From a virus (taxonomy: Duplodnaviria; Heunggongvirae; Uroviricota; Caudoviricetes): a DNA stretch of 60,097 nucleotides. Shown here in pieces: positions 9,261 to 18,859 of this stretch. A program made the translations under genes and the position numbers. Numbering within the stretch: position 1 is the stretch's first letter; each line of letters opens with the position of its first letter. The DNA lies in the IMG/VR virus record IMGVR_UViG_3300020045_003677, positions 1-60,097 of that record; one strand, given 5' to 3'. The notes under the pieces are model-generated. The model ran no database searches and was not told the DNA's origin. It saw only the letters and a list, made by a program, of their open reading frames with translations.

Positions 9261-9788
9261 CTATTTCTTCTTTAATTGGAAGTTAGCTTCATTTCTGTAA
9301 CCAAACCACCATACTACTGCTGTAGTTGCTAAATAGACAACTAAGTCTACCATATCACTAATAGCTCCAATACCGTTCTGTACCATATAAGCGGTTAGCA
9401 GTACTAACCCTAATGTGATTGCAGGCCTGGTTATAGATCTAATAAAATCAGCAATTCCAAATAAGAACGATAGGATAATACCAACGAACACTCCAAACTT
9501 ATTCTGGAATAATCTCTCCATATAGGTTTCCTTGAATACGCTCTTATTACCTTCTATAATGTTTTTACCGAATATATCAAGCTCACTAAGTTTAATATCA
9601 CCTGCTATCTGAGATTCAGTTACACGAATATTAGCTTCAGCCTCTTTAATCATCGATTCAGTTTCAGCAGCAATTCTTGCTAACTCAAACTTATTATCCA
9701 TCTCTTTTGTTTTACGAGTGTTCCATGCAGTGAATATATTACCTACAAATCCGGTAACCAATCCTGCTACTCCACTAGTTAGTATCAT
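9261..9788 (-). CDS. holin-like / membrane protein, 175 aa
   Basis: N-terminal hydrophobic segment, a coiled region, then three hydrophobic helices (FGVFVGIILSFLFGIA, ITLGLVLLTAYMV, MVDLVVYLATTAVVWWFG) and a basic tail. ATGA-coupled to a putative endolysin. Confidence 0.55.
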   Translation of the reverse strand: MILTSGVAGLVTGFVGNIFTAWNTRKTKEMDNKFELARIAAETESMIKEAEANIRVTESQIAGDIKLSELDIFGKNIIEGNKSVFKETYMERLFQNKFGVFVGIILSFLFGIADFIRSITRPAITLGLVLLTAYMVQNGIGAISDMVDLVVYLATTAVVWWFGYRNEANFQLKKK

Positions 9789-10201
9789 ACAATTATGAGT
9801 TTAAATGGTTTGTACGCCATGTTCTCTTTGAACTTCGTTGCTGTTATTCTGCTATTCAAAATAGCAAATTGTCCACCAAACTGGCCATGAGTTGCTCCTA
9901 GTAGAATACAACCTGCCGAGTGTGTCTTAAATCCTTTAGCTTTATCTCCAGCCCATATACCCGAGTGAAACAATATAGCTGATCTTCCAGGAACTCCTTG
10001 TACAACAAAAGTCCTACCAAACTTCTTAGAATCGAACCTAGCAACATCATATTCACCCGGAGGTATACATGATATAGAGGACCTGTTCTCGCGCCATGGT
10101 AGCTCCATTGTCTTACACATAAATCCTGTCTCGGGACAGAAGAGCATGCCTCCCGTCCCTTGATCAGATGTGGGGTATCTAAATATATAAACAGTATTCA
10201 T
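9785..10201 (-). CDS. DUF5675-family protein (L,D-peptidase-like; candidate endolysin)
   Basis: Motifs T.G.L...CKTMELPW....SCIPPGEY, GRSAILFHSG and HSAGCILLG (His/Cys catalytic-type motif). Confidence 0.75.
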   Translation of the reverse strand: MNTVYIFRYPTSDQGTGGMLFCPETGFMCKTMELPWRENRSSISCIPPGEYDVARFDSKKFGRTFVVQGVPGRSAILFHSGIWAGDKAKGFKTHSAGCILLGATHGQFGGQFAILNSRITATKFKENMAYKPFKLIIV

Positions 10202-10209
10202 AATACATG

Positions 10210-10219
10210 ATTATAGTAA
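10210..10219 (-). promoter_or_regulatory. TTACTATAAT repeated motif (putative late promoter)
   Basis: Exact copy between the muzzle stop (10227) and the ATG at 10201. Confidence 0.65.
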
Positions 10220-10226
10220 AAATTTA

Positions 10227-13200
10227 TTAAGAAAAGCTTTTACTATACGTAGTTACAATAGCTCCTATGTACATTTGGTCTTCTCCTTTGAATGTCATCT
10301 CGAACTTCATCCATTTACTTCTAGGTTTGTTTTTGAACGCCAAACCATTCATACATGAGATCTTAGCGTAGCCTTCCTCAATCGCTGAGTCAGCTAACCA
10401 TACTGGTGTCTTGTACCCAAATACCACGTTCCAGTTAGATAGGTTGGCTACTGCCGGCTTATCTACTGTTATGGTAGTACCACTCACAGATATTATAGTA
10501 AATCTGTAGATAACACCATTATTCTCTAGTGAGATATAGTCCCCTGGTAATAACGCAGAAGTTCTTCCTGGAGGAATCATTGTAGGAGCAGCATCAAGAG
10601 TTAATGTTTTTGATCCTGATATCATAGTTCCTGTACACTGAATGTACTGAGTTCCAACCTTATGCATCAACATGTAAGAGATATTTGTGTATGGTTTCAA
10701 TGGTTGGCTTACCCATGCTCCATTGTCCGCATTACCATCTCCTAAGTATTTTACTTCATCTGGTAGTGGGTTATCTCCTGCTATCCATATGTTCTCGAAT
10801 ACTTTGTACGATCCCGGATCATCTATCACCGAGTATCTGATAACACTCTCTACCTGTACATCATACAGAATGTTGTTCCCTCCGTATGTAACACTAGAAT
10901 CATATGTATAGATGCTAGATGTTTTATCGGTACTATCTGGCCGTAGAGTTGGTACAGGAGTAAACGAGTACCTGTTACTGTTAGCCATTGCGAAGAAACT
11001 TCTGTGATCTTCTGTTTCACATATCCAACAGTTTAACTGTTGTAGTTCATTAAAGACCAGAGTTCTAGCCACATACACCGAGTTGTTACTGGAGTCTCTT
11101 GCTATAAAGGTGAATGATATATCCCCCTTAGCCGGGTCAAATGTAGAAAACACTGTTGTAATAGAGTTTGCACCAACTGTAGAAAGGTCAGCCATAATGT
11201 TTCCAAGTATGTCTTGTACCCTTGTGTCGCTGATTATCTCAGGTGCACCTCCGTTAGTTCTCCAAATCTTAACCCTATTCAGGTCCACACCATAGATGTA
11301 GTTATTGGTAGACACCACAGAACTTGGTTGGTCACTTCCGTATCCAGTAGAGATTATGGTAGCCTTCTGAGCAAGAACATCGGCATTATCTATGAATATA
11401 CCTCCAGTATCGTTGGACACCTGTGCACGTTCATTGATCCCTATTATACCAATACCGTCTCTAAAGATTGCGTATAGCTTATCACTAAGTGTGATAAGTC
11501 TGTATATTGGGCCTAATTCTGAGTTATAGTCTTTATAGTTTAATCCCTTAAAGATAGTGAACCCATTAACAAAATTAGTTTCATGGAACGACTCAGATGC
11601 ATACACCCTATTAGGATACAACTCTTTATAGTATGGAGCAGCGTCACTGAGTTTAAAGAACTTGTTGTCGGATACGTTCTGTGCCATATATCCCTTATTC
11701 ATCTTAGAAGTATCGAATAGTCTGTTACCTCTACTTGATGATAAAGTTCTAGCTGGTATGAATGATCTATCTCTACCAAATGCTGCAAACTCTCCGGCTA
11801 CTGTTCTATCCTTACTTCTGATATTGAAGTTATAGTTGGACTGAGCTGGAATAGGTATTACGTACCCATAATTAAGCATTCCAAGGTTACGTCTACCTTC
11901 TGAGAAAGCTGCAAGGTCAGTTGCCTGTGGGGCCTCTTTGATACCCAATGGGTACCATACTTGCTTCCAACTTAACCCAAGATAGCAATCTCCACCATAC
12001 AAGTCTATCACAGGACTTAGAGCGTTCACTCCTTCAAACTCTTCGTATTTAAATCTTCTACTGATTGCAATGTACTCTGTATCACTATCTTCTGTGTAGA
12101 TTGATTTCCATAACTCTGCAGTCTTGTATCCTTCTTGTCCTGGATTAAAAATCTCTGCATGTGCACCAAATACACTAGTATCAATGAACCCAGTAGAGAA
12201 TCCCTTTACAGACGAAAAGTAATTCACGTTTCTATATTCACTTTCCGAAGATACTGGGTTATCATATATAATGTCTTCTCGTGGGCTTAAAGATTTTAGT
12301 GGTAAATCTGTTGCCCCATAGGATTCTATTTTCATTCCTAGATACCTACCAAATTTTACACAGACACCAAGATTACTTCCAAGGTTATCCCAGTACCCTT
12401 TAGCTACTAATCCTCCGTCTACTCCGGGTAAGAATACCTCGCCTCTGAAAGCATTGTCGTGATTATTCATGATATTGTCGATACCATTAATAGCAGTCTT
12501 TTGTCTATCTCTAGTAAGTCCACTAGAGCCAATGGTATATCTATAATACCACGCATACATTACTCTATCCAGTAGTCCTGTGAAGCTCTTGCTACCAGTC
12601 CCTAAAGCACCATCTCCAATAAAATCAATTGCTCCAGAATAGTATTTATTTGTAGTAGTATCGAATGAGAATGAGCTCTGCAGTTTAGTAAAATAGGGTA
12701 ATTTCTCATTGTATATATCAGGATTGGTAAGCGTCTGAACTTCTCCATCGATACCATTTAATGAGATAGATATGCTGAAATCTCCGTGCATCAATGATGC
12801 AGCTAGTTCTGGACCACACTCAACATCTGGAGAGTATAGTGCCCAACCTTTAAGGTCATTATAGTCACATATTGGTGCCCTTACTACAATATCAGAAGAT
12901 GTGGTTTTACCCAATGTTTCATCAACTCTCTGAAGTGATAGTACCCTTGTGCCCCTAACAATCTTATCTACTGTAGATAAGAAATATGAAAGCGGTACGG
13001 ATACAGTTTTATTGTCTACATCAATGTCGGCAGAGTCAATAGGAACTCCTGTTGCTGTATATGCCGGCTGAACTCCCACTCCTTCAAATAATAGATTAGT
13101 TATCTTAGTGGTAACATAGGTCATTGGAACTACTACTTTTGGTACCAGAACTCCAACATACTTTGGTAGAGTCGGATCCACTAATACTGTGGTAGTTACT

Positions 13201-15395
13201 TCTACTGGAAGTCCATTAGTATCAAGTAGATTGGTTAGGATGGTATCATCAGTTGGTTTAGGTAACGACGCTGTACCAAACGGCGCACATAGACTTGGTG
13301 CTGGAGCTAATACTACGTTATCCTTCTTAATTGAATTAACACCACAACCGGTCCAGTTACTAGGAAATCCAAATTCCACAGTACAAGAGGAATCACCATC
13401 TATACCCCTACTCTCTGTAGGATAAGCTGCGGTTGGAATTACTAATCCTTCTAGTATTTTATCTTTAACACGAGCCCGTCTAACAAAGAAGAATCCTTTA
13501 GATGCTGATTTAGCATCCACAGCAGGCCCATATAATGATGTTAGATTGGTACCAGACTTAGTACCATAATCAAAGACCAGCCCGTCTGTTGTTATTTCGA
13601 TAGAACCAAATCTAAGATTGATCTTAGGTGCTGGAATACCACTGGCTGTAATGTCTATACATGATGCTAAGCTTCCAAACGCTGTTGTAACTGATCCTCG
13701 GATCGAGTATTCGTTTGTTGATGTGTTATAGAATACTCTCCATGGGTTGATTACAACACCTATAGTAGCTTCATTACTTGATAGATATCCTGGAATCGCT
13801 TGTTCATATGGAACTACTGTAAGTAATCCTTGCACATCAACTAGCAGTTTTGTACCCTTAAATATGATATCAGAATCAGTAATGGACCATAGATCTCCGT
13901 TAGCAGCTGTCCTGTATACACCCTTAGTATTTACACCTGAAGTACCAAATATATCCCCATTTAATGGGAGTGGTGGGTATGCAGTTAGAATATCGCCGAA
14001 CGTATCTGCTAACCGGTCCATACCTTTCATAGTATACACTGGGGACAGGCCATTATCAGTAATGAAAACAACTCCCAGTTCGTATGTCTCTCCCTTCCAG
14101 AAGCCTAGATTGTTGTATGTGAAGTCGGTATTTGAGTAGTTCTTTCCAGATTTATCTGGAGTCAATCCACCTGCACTACCTGTATTATCATGATAGATAT
14201 CAAAGACACCCTCTGATATCTCTAATGTTTTTGCTAATGATTCAAGAATGGTATCTGTGGTGTATGACTCTTCGGAGTTTGCTACTATCAGTCTATCATT
14301 TGATATCGCGATAGTTTTCCCCTTACTGATAGAAGAATACTTAAGACCAATCTCATCTTTGTTGAAGTTTGACACTTGTTCATACCCTGTATGTACAATG
14401 ATGCATTTACCATCTATTATCTTGTAAGTGTTCTCGATAGAGAAAGCTGTGGTAACAAAGTCGGCATCACCACTAGCAACAGTAAAGTATACCTTAATAC
14501 CGTAGTATGAGCTGTCCAGGTTCTCTAATGTGAACTTAACAGATCTACTAGTTTTCTGGGTTCCGTCCATACCATAGCTAGTGACATCAGTATTTCCTTG
14601 ATGTACAGTCACTAACCTAGATTCTTCTATAGTATCAGTCTGCGCCCCATCATCCTTGATGTACTTAAAGAAGTACCGATACCCGCCGGCAGGAAGACTT
14701 CCTCCGTCTACTAGCCCATTGAATGTTACTTTAGGAATACTAACAGAAGTTGGTATTAATTCGGTCTGTGAGAAATAGAAGTCACTGTACGAGTTGGTAC
14801 CGTTACCGGTTCTGTGTTTGATAAGCTCAGCTTTCTTACTACCAGCTAACACAGCGAATCGTGTGTTTATAAGTCGTATTGGGTTTGTACTATCTGTGAG
14901 TATGATATTCACAGATGAGTCATATGACTTCGATAGTTTCACATCCACAAAGTCTCCATCAGCAAAATACAAGTTAGAAGTAGTGAATGGACTGAAGTAG
15001 TTTGCATCCTCATAGTTCCCAGAACCATCGTGGTAGTTATTCAATGGTTTGTAAGTATTCTCCATGTTAACAATACCCGATGTACTGCCGGCGTATACCG
15101 GACTTGGGAATGTACCAATCTCACCAACGCTTGTTGTGGAATTGAAACTAATAATGTATAGAACGTTGTCTAGTTCTGATACTGCTACTGGTTTGAACCC
15201 GGGAGATATGTGTGTGACGAATTGGTTACCATCTCGCTTCTGTAGTATTAACTGACTACCAGAAGCGGCGGCAACAAACTCTATATTCTTTGCGTATGTA
15301 AGTGACTTGTTATCAGCTCTCAGTGGGTGAACATCAGTGATCATACCAGCCTCGAAGCTATTAGAAGCATTAATTTTCTGAGGGAGTGTTGCCAT
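10227..15395 (-). CDS. tail muzzle / tail stabilisation protein (P22 gp10-like), 1722 aa
   Basis: N-terminal NSFEAGMITDVHP...LTYAKNIEF, FWKGETYELGVVF, YGGDCY and YPNRVYAS motifs plus C-terminal beta-propeller-like repeats. Located right after the IHF-like genes as in crAss-like phages. Confidence 0.75.
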   Translation of the reverse strand: MATLPQKINASNSFEAGMITDVHPLRADNKSLTYAKNIEFVAAASGSQLILQKRDGNQFVTHISPGFKPVAVSELDNVLYIISFNSTTSVGEIGTFPSPVYAGSTSGIVNMENTYKPLNNYHDGSGNYEDANYFSPFTTSNLYFADGDFVDVKLSKSYDSSVNIILTDSTNPIRLINTRFAVLAGSKKAELIKHRTGNGTNSYSDFYFSQTELIPTSVSIPKVTFNGLVDGGSLPAGGYRYFFKYIKDDGAQTDTIEESRLVTVHQGNTDVTSYGMDGTQKTSRSVKFTLENLDSSYYGIKVYFTVASGDADFVTTAFSIENTYKIIDGKCIIVHTGYEQVSNFNKDEIGLKYSSISKGKTIAISNDRLIVANSEESYTTDTILESLAKTLEISEGVFDIYHDNTGSAGGLTPDKSGKNYSNTDFTYNNLGFWKGETYELGVVFITDNGLSPVYTMKGMDRLADTFGDILTAYPPLPLNGDIFGTSGVNTKGVYRTAANGDLWSITDSDIIFKGTKLLVDVQGLLTVVPYEQAIPGYLSSNEATIGVVINPWRVFYNTSTNEYSIRGSVTTAFGSLASCIDITASGIPAPKINLRFGSIEITTDGLVFDYGTKSGTNLTSLYGPAVDAKSASKGFFFVRRARVKDKILEGLVIPTAAYPTESRGIDGDSSCTVEFGFPSNWTGCGVNSIKKDNVVLAPAPSLCAPFGTASLPKPTDDTILTNLLDTNGLPVEVTTTVLVDPTLPKYVGVLVPKVVVPMTYVTTKITNLLFEGVGVQPAYTATGVPIDSADIDVDNKTVSVPLSYFLSTVDKIVRGTRVLSLQRVDETLGKTTSSDIVVRAPICDYNDLKGWALYSPDVECGPELAASLMHGDFSISISLNGIDGEVQTLTNPDIYNEKLPYFTKLQSSFSFDTTTNKYYSGAIDFIGDGALGTGSKSFTGLLDRVMYAWYYRYTIGSSGLTRDRQKTAINGIDNIMNNHDNAFRGEVFLPGVDGGLVAKGYWDNLGSNLGVCVKFGRYLGMKIESYGATDLPLKSLSPREDIIYDNPVSSESEYRNVNYFSSVKGFSTGFIDTSVFGAHAEIFNPGQEGYKTAELWKSIYTEDSDTEYIAISRRFKYEEFEGVNALSPVIDLYGGDCYLGLSWKQVWYPLGIKEAPQATDLAAFSEGRRNLGMLNYGYVIPIPAQSNYNFNIRSKDRTVAGEFAAFGRDRSFIPARTLSSSRGNRLFDTSKMNKGYMAQNVSDNKFFKLSDAAPYYKELYPNRVYASESFHETNFVNGFTIFKGLNYKDYNSELGPIYRLITLSDKLYAIFRDGIGIIGINERAQVSNDTGGIFIDNADVLAQKATIISTGYGSDQPSSVVSTNNYIYGVDLNRVKIWRTNGGAPEIISDTRVQDILGNIMADLSTVGANSITTVFSTFDPAKGDISFTFIARDSSNNSVYVARTLVFNELQQLNCWICETEDHRSFFAMANSNRYSFTPVPTLRPDSTDKTSSIYTYDSSVTYGGNNILYDVQVESVIRYSVIDDPGSYKVFENIWIAGDNPLPDEVKYLGDGNADNGAWVSQPLKPYTNISYMLMHKVGTQYIQCTGTMISGSKTLTLDAAPTMIPPGRTSALLPGDYISLENNGVIYRFTIISVSGTTITVDKPAVANLSNWNVVFGYKTPVWLADSAIEEGYAKISCMNGLAFKNKPRSKWMKFEMTFKGEDQMYIGAIVTTYSKSFS

Positions 15396-15639
15396 CTTTT
15401 TTACGTTTATCTTTGTATTCGTTAATCTTAGTTCTAGCGAATTGATTTTCTTGCGTGCTTGGTATGTAGAACTTTATCTCTATCATTTTCGGACATTTGA
15501 TAATTAGTTCTCTACCAGATCGTACAATGGTTTTGGATTTTATGAGTCCGTCTTTACATATCTTTCGAATGGACTTCTCACTAATATCCGGAAACTCCTC
15601 ATACATCTCATCTAATAAATCTTCGAAACCTATTATCAT
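15370..15639 (-). CDS. IHF/HU-like small DNA-binding protein
   Basis: 89 aa with helix-turn-helix start LLDEMYEEFPDISEKSIRKIC then beta-arm. Sits in the crAss-like IHF gene position. Confidence 0.55.
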   Translation of the reverse strand: MIIGFEDLLDEMYEEFPDISEKSIRKICKDGLIKSKTIVRSGRELIIKCPKMIEIKFYIPSTQENQFARTKINEYKDKRKKDGNTPSEN

Positions 15640-16154
15640 ACTTGTTTATTTATAATTGTCCATGGTATTTTACCAGACTGAGCATTCTCAGCCGCTTTAT
15701 TCTTTAGTGTCTTACCTGTGTATATTATTATGTCTTTTTTGCGGCTTTTTGGGCCGAAATCAAGCACGAATCTAGGTACCTTATAGTTTGCTGCTATTAA
15801 GTCATAACCGTCTAATTTGCCCGCTTTCTTAGCAATAGCAGTTGCTTGTGGTGTCATCGGTTTTAGAGCAAAATAACTACCACTTACTCCAGGAAAAACA
15901 AACAGATTTCCATCTGCTACCCTATCCAAGACCTTTAGTAGAAATGTAGCAAATATCTTTCGAATAAGACTAGCGTTATCATGGGTATTGTACATCTTCT
16001 GTAGCTTACCAGGTCTAGCACCGCGCTTCTTCCTCAGATACTTCTTAGTGTTCTCCGGGTCGTCAGGGAATATTGTAGTTAGATTTGGAACACCTTTTCT
16101 ACAATATTGCCCAACAACTGTCTTATTACCGTTAGCGTCCAGTTTGTATATCAT
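15636..16154 (-). CDS. IHF-like basic protein (second subunit)
   Basis: Basic 172 aa. RKIFATFLLKVLDRVADGNLFVFPG resembles the HU/IHF helix-to-arm segment. Synteny with the crAss-like pair. Confidence 0.5.
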   Translation of the reverse strand: MIYKLDANGNKTVVGQYCRKGVPNLTTIFPDDPENTKKYLRKKRGARPGKLQKMYNTHDNASLIRKIFATFLLKVLDRVADGNLFVFPGVSGSYFALKPMTPQATAIAKKAGKLDGYDLIAANYKVPRFVLDFGPKSRKKDIIIYTGKTLKNKAAENAQSGKIPWTIINKQV

Positions 16155-16888
16155 TACACGCCAAAGTTAAATCTATTACCATAGGTCTTTCGATCCCAAG
16201 ATGTCTTGATGTCTAGTATCCTATCTATTGCTTCATCCGATATTTTTTCTGGAGACTTAGCAGCAGCCATTAGCCTAGCAGCTTCTGGTCGTAGCATCGC
16301 TACAAGTTTGTCAGATCCTTGAATACGTCTAAACATATCTATTTCAGCTTGTTGTACTGCTAGATTAACAGAGATAGCCTCTACTTCTTTATCATTTAGT
16401 AGTGGTAACCCATCTGCATCAACACTTATTGCTTCGTATAGAACGTTAACTACGCGACCAAATAGATCAGCAGAAGTAAGTTGTATACAACCATCCCCTA
16501 GAATGTAATTCAGAGACTCACCTTCAGCATGAAGACTTGTCTGTCTGGACTCTAGTGCACTGGATAACATGCCTGTAGTAGGTCTTGTCTCCATCTCTCT
16601 GCCGGCACTGTTAAATCCGATTGTACCAGAATTACCATTAGAATCTGTCATAGATCCTGTAGTAACGCGTTTAACAAACTCACAGTCTTTTGGTAAGTAT
16701 ATCACTAAATCCTGTGGTACAGCTACCGAGAAAGGTCTGAGGTCTGTAGCAATATTACCTATCTCCCTCCATATATAGTAGGCCTTCTCGATGAATTCGT
16801 CGTCTGGCATCGATATTCCATACCGGCTCTTAAGTCTAGCTTTAGCGGTCAGGAATGGTAAGTGGTTTTTCTTAGCTGCTAATTCCAT
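16154..16888 (-). CDS. tail tubular / ring (adaptor) protein
   Basis: 244 aa with helical N- and C-termini around a beta core (YLPKDCEFVKRVT, YILGDGCIQL, LPLLNDKEVEAI). Synteny. Confidence 0.6.
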   Translation of the reverse strand: MELAAKKNHLPFLTAKARLKSRYGISMPDDEFIEKAYYIWREIGNIATDLRPFSVAVPQDLVIYLPKDCEFVKRVTTGSMTDSNGNSGTIGFNSAGREMETRPTTGMLSSALESRQTSLHAEGESLNYILGDGCIQLTSADLFGRVVNVLYEAISVDADGLPLLNDKEVEAISVNLAVQQAEIDMFRRIQGSDKLVAMLRPEAARLMAAAKSPEKISDEAIDRILDIKTSWDRKTYGNRFNFGV

Positions 16889-17562
16889 TAGTATTTATCA
16901 GTATTAGTGTTAGCTTCGTTTGGTTGATTACGATCTTTGTAGTAAAGAATGTACCTCTTTGATAATCTATCGATAATCATATCTTGAATGGCCCCAGGTG
17001 CTGGAAACTCTTCATCATCCCCAAGGTATCCATCAGATTCTAATACTTTAGTAGGGTTATCAGCTATTTCACGTACAGCCATCTTACTAAGCATAGAACT
17101 CTCGATTCCAAATATGTACACATCTACGTTACCATCACCATCACCGGCCAGGTCTATGTAGCAGTATGGCCTATTTCCGATAACTCTACTATACTTGTGG
17201 TTATTAAATGATGCATCGTAGTATTTAACAAAGTCCATAGACAGATCAGCAGGTCCTAAGTAGATTATAGCAGAATTGTCTGTGGTCATTACAGGCCTAG
17301 GAATCTTAATATGTGGTACTCTCTTCGATGGATGCTCGCTCTTAAGCGGGAATGTACGAAGATCGATATCAATGTTATCTTTGGATTGAGCAAAATGCTC
17401 TAAGTTAAGTGTCCCGCTCTTAGACTGTTCTAGTATGATGGAGTTTCGCATCAAAGCAATCTCATCTTTCAACTGCTCTATAGAATAAGAGAAGTCATCA
17501 ACTTCCTTTAATCCGGGACCAATATGATCTCTTATGGCTGATGCCATCTGTTCTAATGTCAT
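16888..17562 (-). CDS. tail ring protein (start corrected to MTLEQMAS), 224 aa
   Basis: ATG at 17562 lies downstream of a terminator that the track ORF would overlap. Ring-protein-like architecture; synteny. Confidence 0.6.
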   Translation of the reverse strand: MTLEQMASAIRDHIGPGLKEVDDFSYSIEQLKDEIALMRNSIILEQSKSGTLNLEHFAQSKDNIDIDLRTFPLKSEHPSKRVPHIKIPRPVMTTDNSAIIYLGPADLSMDFVKYYDASFNNHKYSRVIGNRPYCYIDLAGDGDGNVDVYIFGIESSMLSKMAVREIADNPTKVLESDGYLGDDEEFPAPGAIQDMIIDRLSKRYILYYKDRNQPNEANTNTDKY

Positions 17563-17570
17563 GTTGTTGG

Positions 17571-17609
17571 AAATTAAAAAAGGTGACAGGCGCATGGCCC
17601 ATCACCTTC
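17571..17609 (-). terminator. intrinsic terminator
   Basis: 12-bp stem AAGGTGATGGGC / GCCTGTCACCTT followed by TTTAATTT. Confidence 0.8.
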
Positions 17610-17634
17610 TTATTAAGAATTATTTACGTCTAGA

Positions 17635-18843
17635 TTACGCTACGAAAGCTGCACCGTTAGCAGGATTGCTTAAGTCAGCATTGAAGAAGTTCGTGATTGA
17701 AGGAGCGCCATCGACAAGCCAGTCCACAAACAAATCCACTACTCCACCTACATCAAGTAGGGAGGTACCTTCTTTAAAGTACAGAGTGAAAGTTTGATTT
17801 CTAACAGGTGTCTGTGCACCAGCAGCAACTGTGCTAAGGTTAGCATGAGGAGCCCATGTACCACCCTGACCAACGGTAGGGTCGGTTTTCATTGTCCAAG
17901 TGATAGCAGTGTAAACAGCGTTTACATCAGGTCTCTCACCGGCGCCGATTACATATGCACCATCATTATACTCCGTAGACATTGCAACGTTTTCTTCAAG
18001 GTATTTTCCACTGGTTCCAGGCTCTTTACCAAGACGTTTCACCATTAAGGTGTCGTCAATTGCAATTGCTGTACCTAGAGCTGTCTCTATGACAATATCA
18101 GTTGCAGTGAAACTAACAACTTTTGCTTCTGCTGGAAGTACTGCTGTAGCGGATTTATCGTACAGTTGAATAACATCACCAACTTTAAGCCCAGCAGTAG
18201 TATCAGTAACGATAGTAGTTGCATTAGCTAAAGTAACTGCGGGAACAGCTACCAGAGCAGCAAGGCTAGTTGCAGACGGTTTGTAACCGAAGATTTCATG
18301 TCTTTGTACAAATTCAGGAGAAGTTGTAGAGAATGACAAATCATCGTACAATGAAGTAAGAGTAACTACGGTTTTACCATCTACAGTTGTAGTAGCTGCA
18401 GTGAAAGGTAATTTAGCGTTACCGAATTTAAGATTATAATTAGTGAAAGCTGAAGTAACTTTTGCAGCAACCTGAGCGGCTGTATCTGTAGCGTCTAACA
18501 CCAATTCGAAGATCATAGGACGACCGCGTCTGATGAAGTCTGTTGCCCATTCAGAAGCCGTTCTACTAGTTAATACCCTTACGTGAAATACTACTCCAAC
18601 GCCTAATTCACCAGCCGAAAGACCGATAGTAGTTGCCGATGGCATTTCGATACGTAATACTGCTTTTTCGCCTGCTACGAATCTTTGTCCATTAGCAGAT
18701 ACGATCTGACCCTTTTTGAAAGTACCAAATCCTTTAATGTTGATAGCATCATTAGCAACAGCAAATGCTGTACCGTCTGACTCTGTAAAAGGATAGTAAC
18801 TCGAAGAGTTCACAATTGCCTCTTTATTCCCAAGTGTAAACAT
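17635..18843 (-). CDS. abundant structural protein (auxiliary capsid / decoration candidate), 402 aa
   Basis: Ala/Thr/Val-rich beta protein. Codon choice resembles the MCP (GCT, ACT, GTA, TTC, AAC; judged by eye) and it is followed by its own terminator. Located downstream of the MCP as in crAss-like phages. Confidence 0.55.
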   Translation of the reverse strand: MFTLGNKEAIVNSSSYYPFTESDGTAFAVANDAINIKGFGTFKKGQIVSANGQRFVAGEKAVLRIEMPSATTIGLSAGELGVGVVFHVRVLTSRTASEWATDFIRRGRPMIFELVLDATDTAAQVAAKVTSAFTNYNLKFGNAKLPFTAATTTVDGKTVVTLTSLYDDLSFSTTSPEFVQRHEIFGYKPSATSLAALVAVPAVTLANATTIVTDTTAGLKVGDVIQLYDKSATAVLPAEAKVVSFTATDIVIETALGTAIAIDDTLMVKRLGKEPGTSGKYLEENVAMSTEYNDGAYVIGAGERPDVNAVYTAITWTMKTDPTVGQGGTWAPHANLSTVAAGAQTPVRNQTFTLYFKEGTSLLDVGGVVDLFVDWLVDGAPSITNFFNADLSNPANGAAFVA

Positions 18844-18859
18844 AAGAAAAAATTAATTG

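Noticed and set aside
10492-10501. Intragenic copy of TTACTATAAT in the muzzle gene
   Set aside because: Not listed as a promoter. It encodes F-T-I-I within the CDS and could be chance, although an internal promoter for the lysis genes cannot be excluded.
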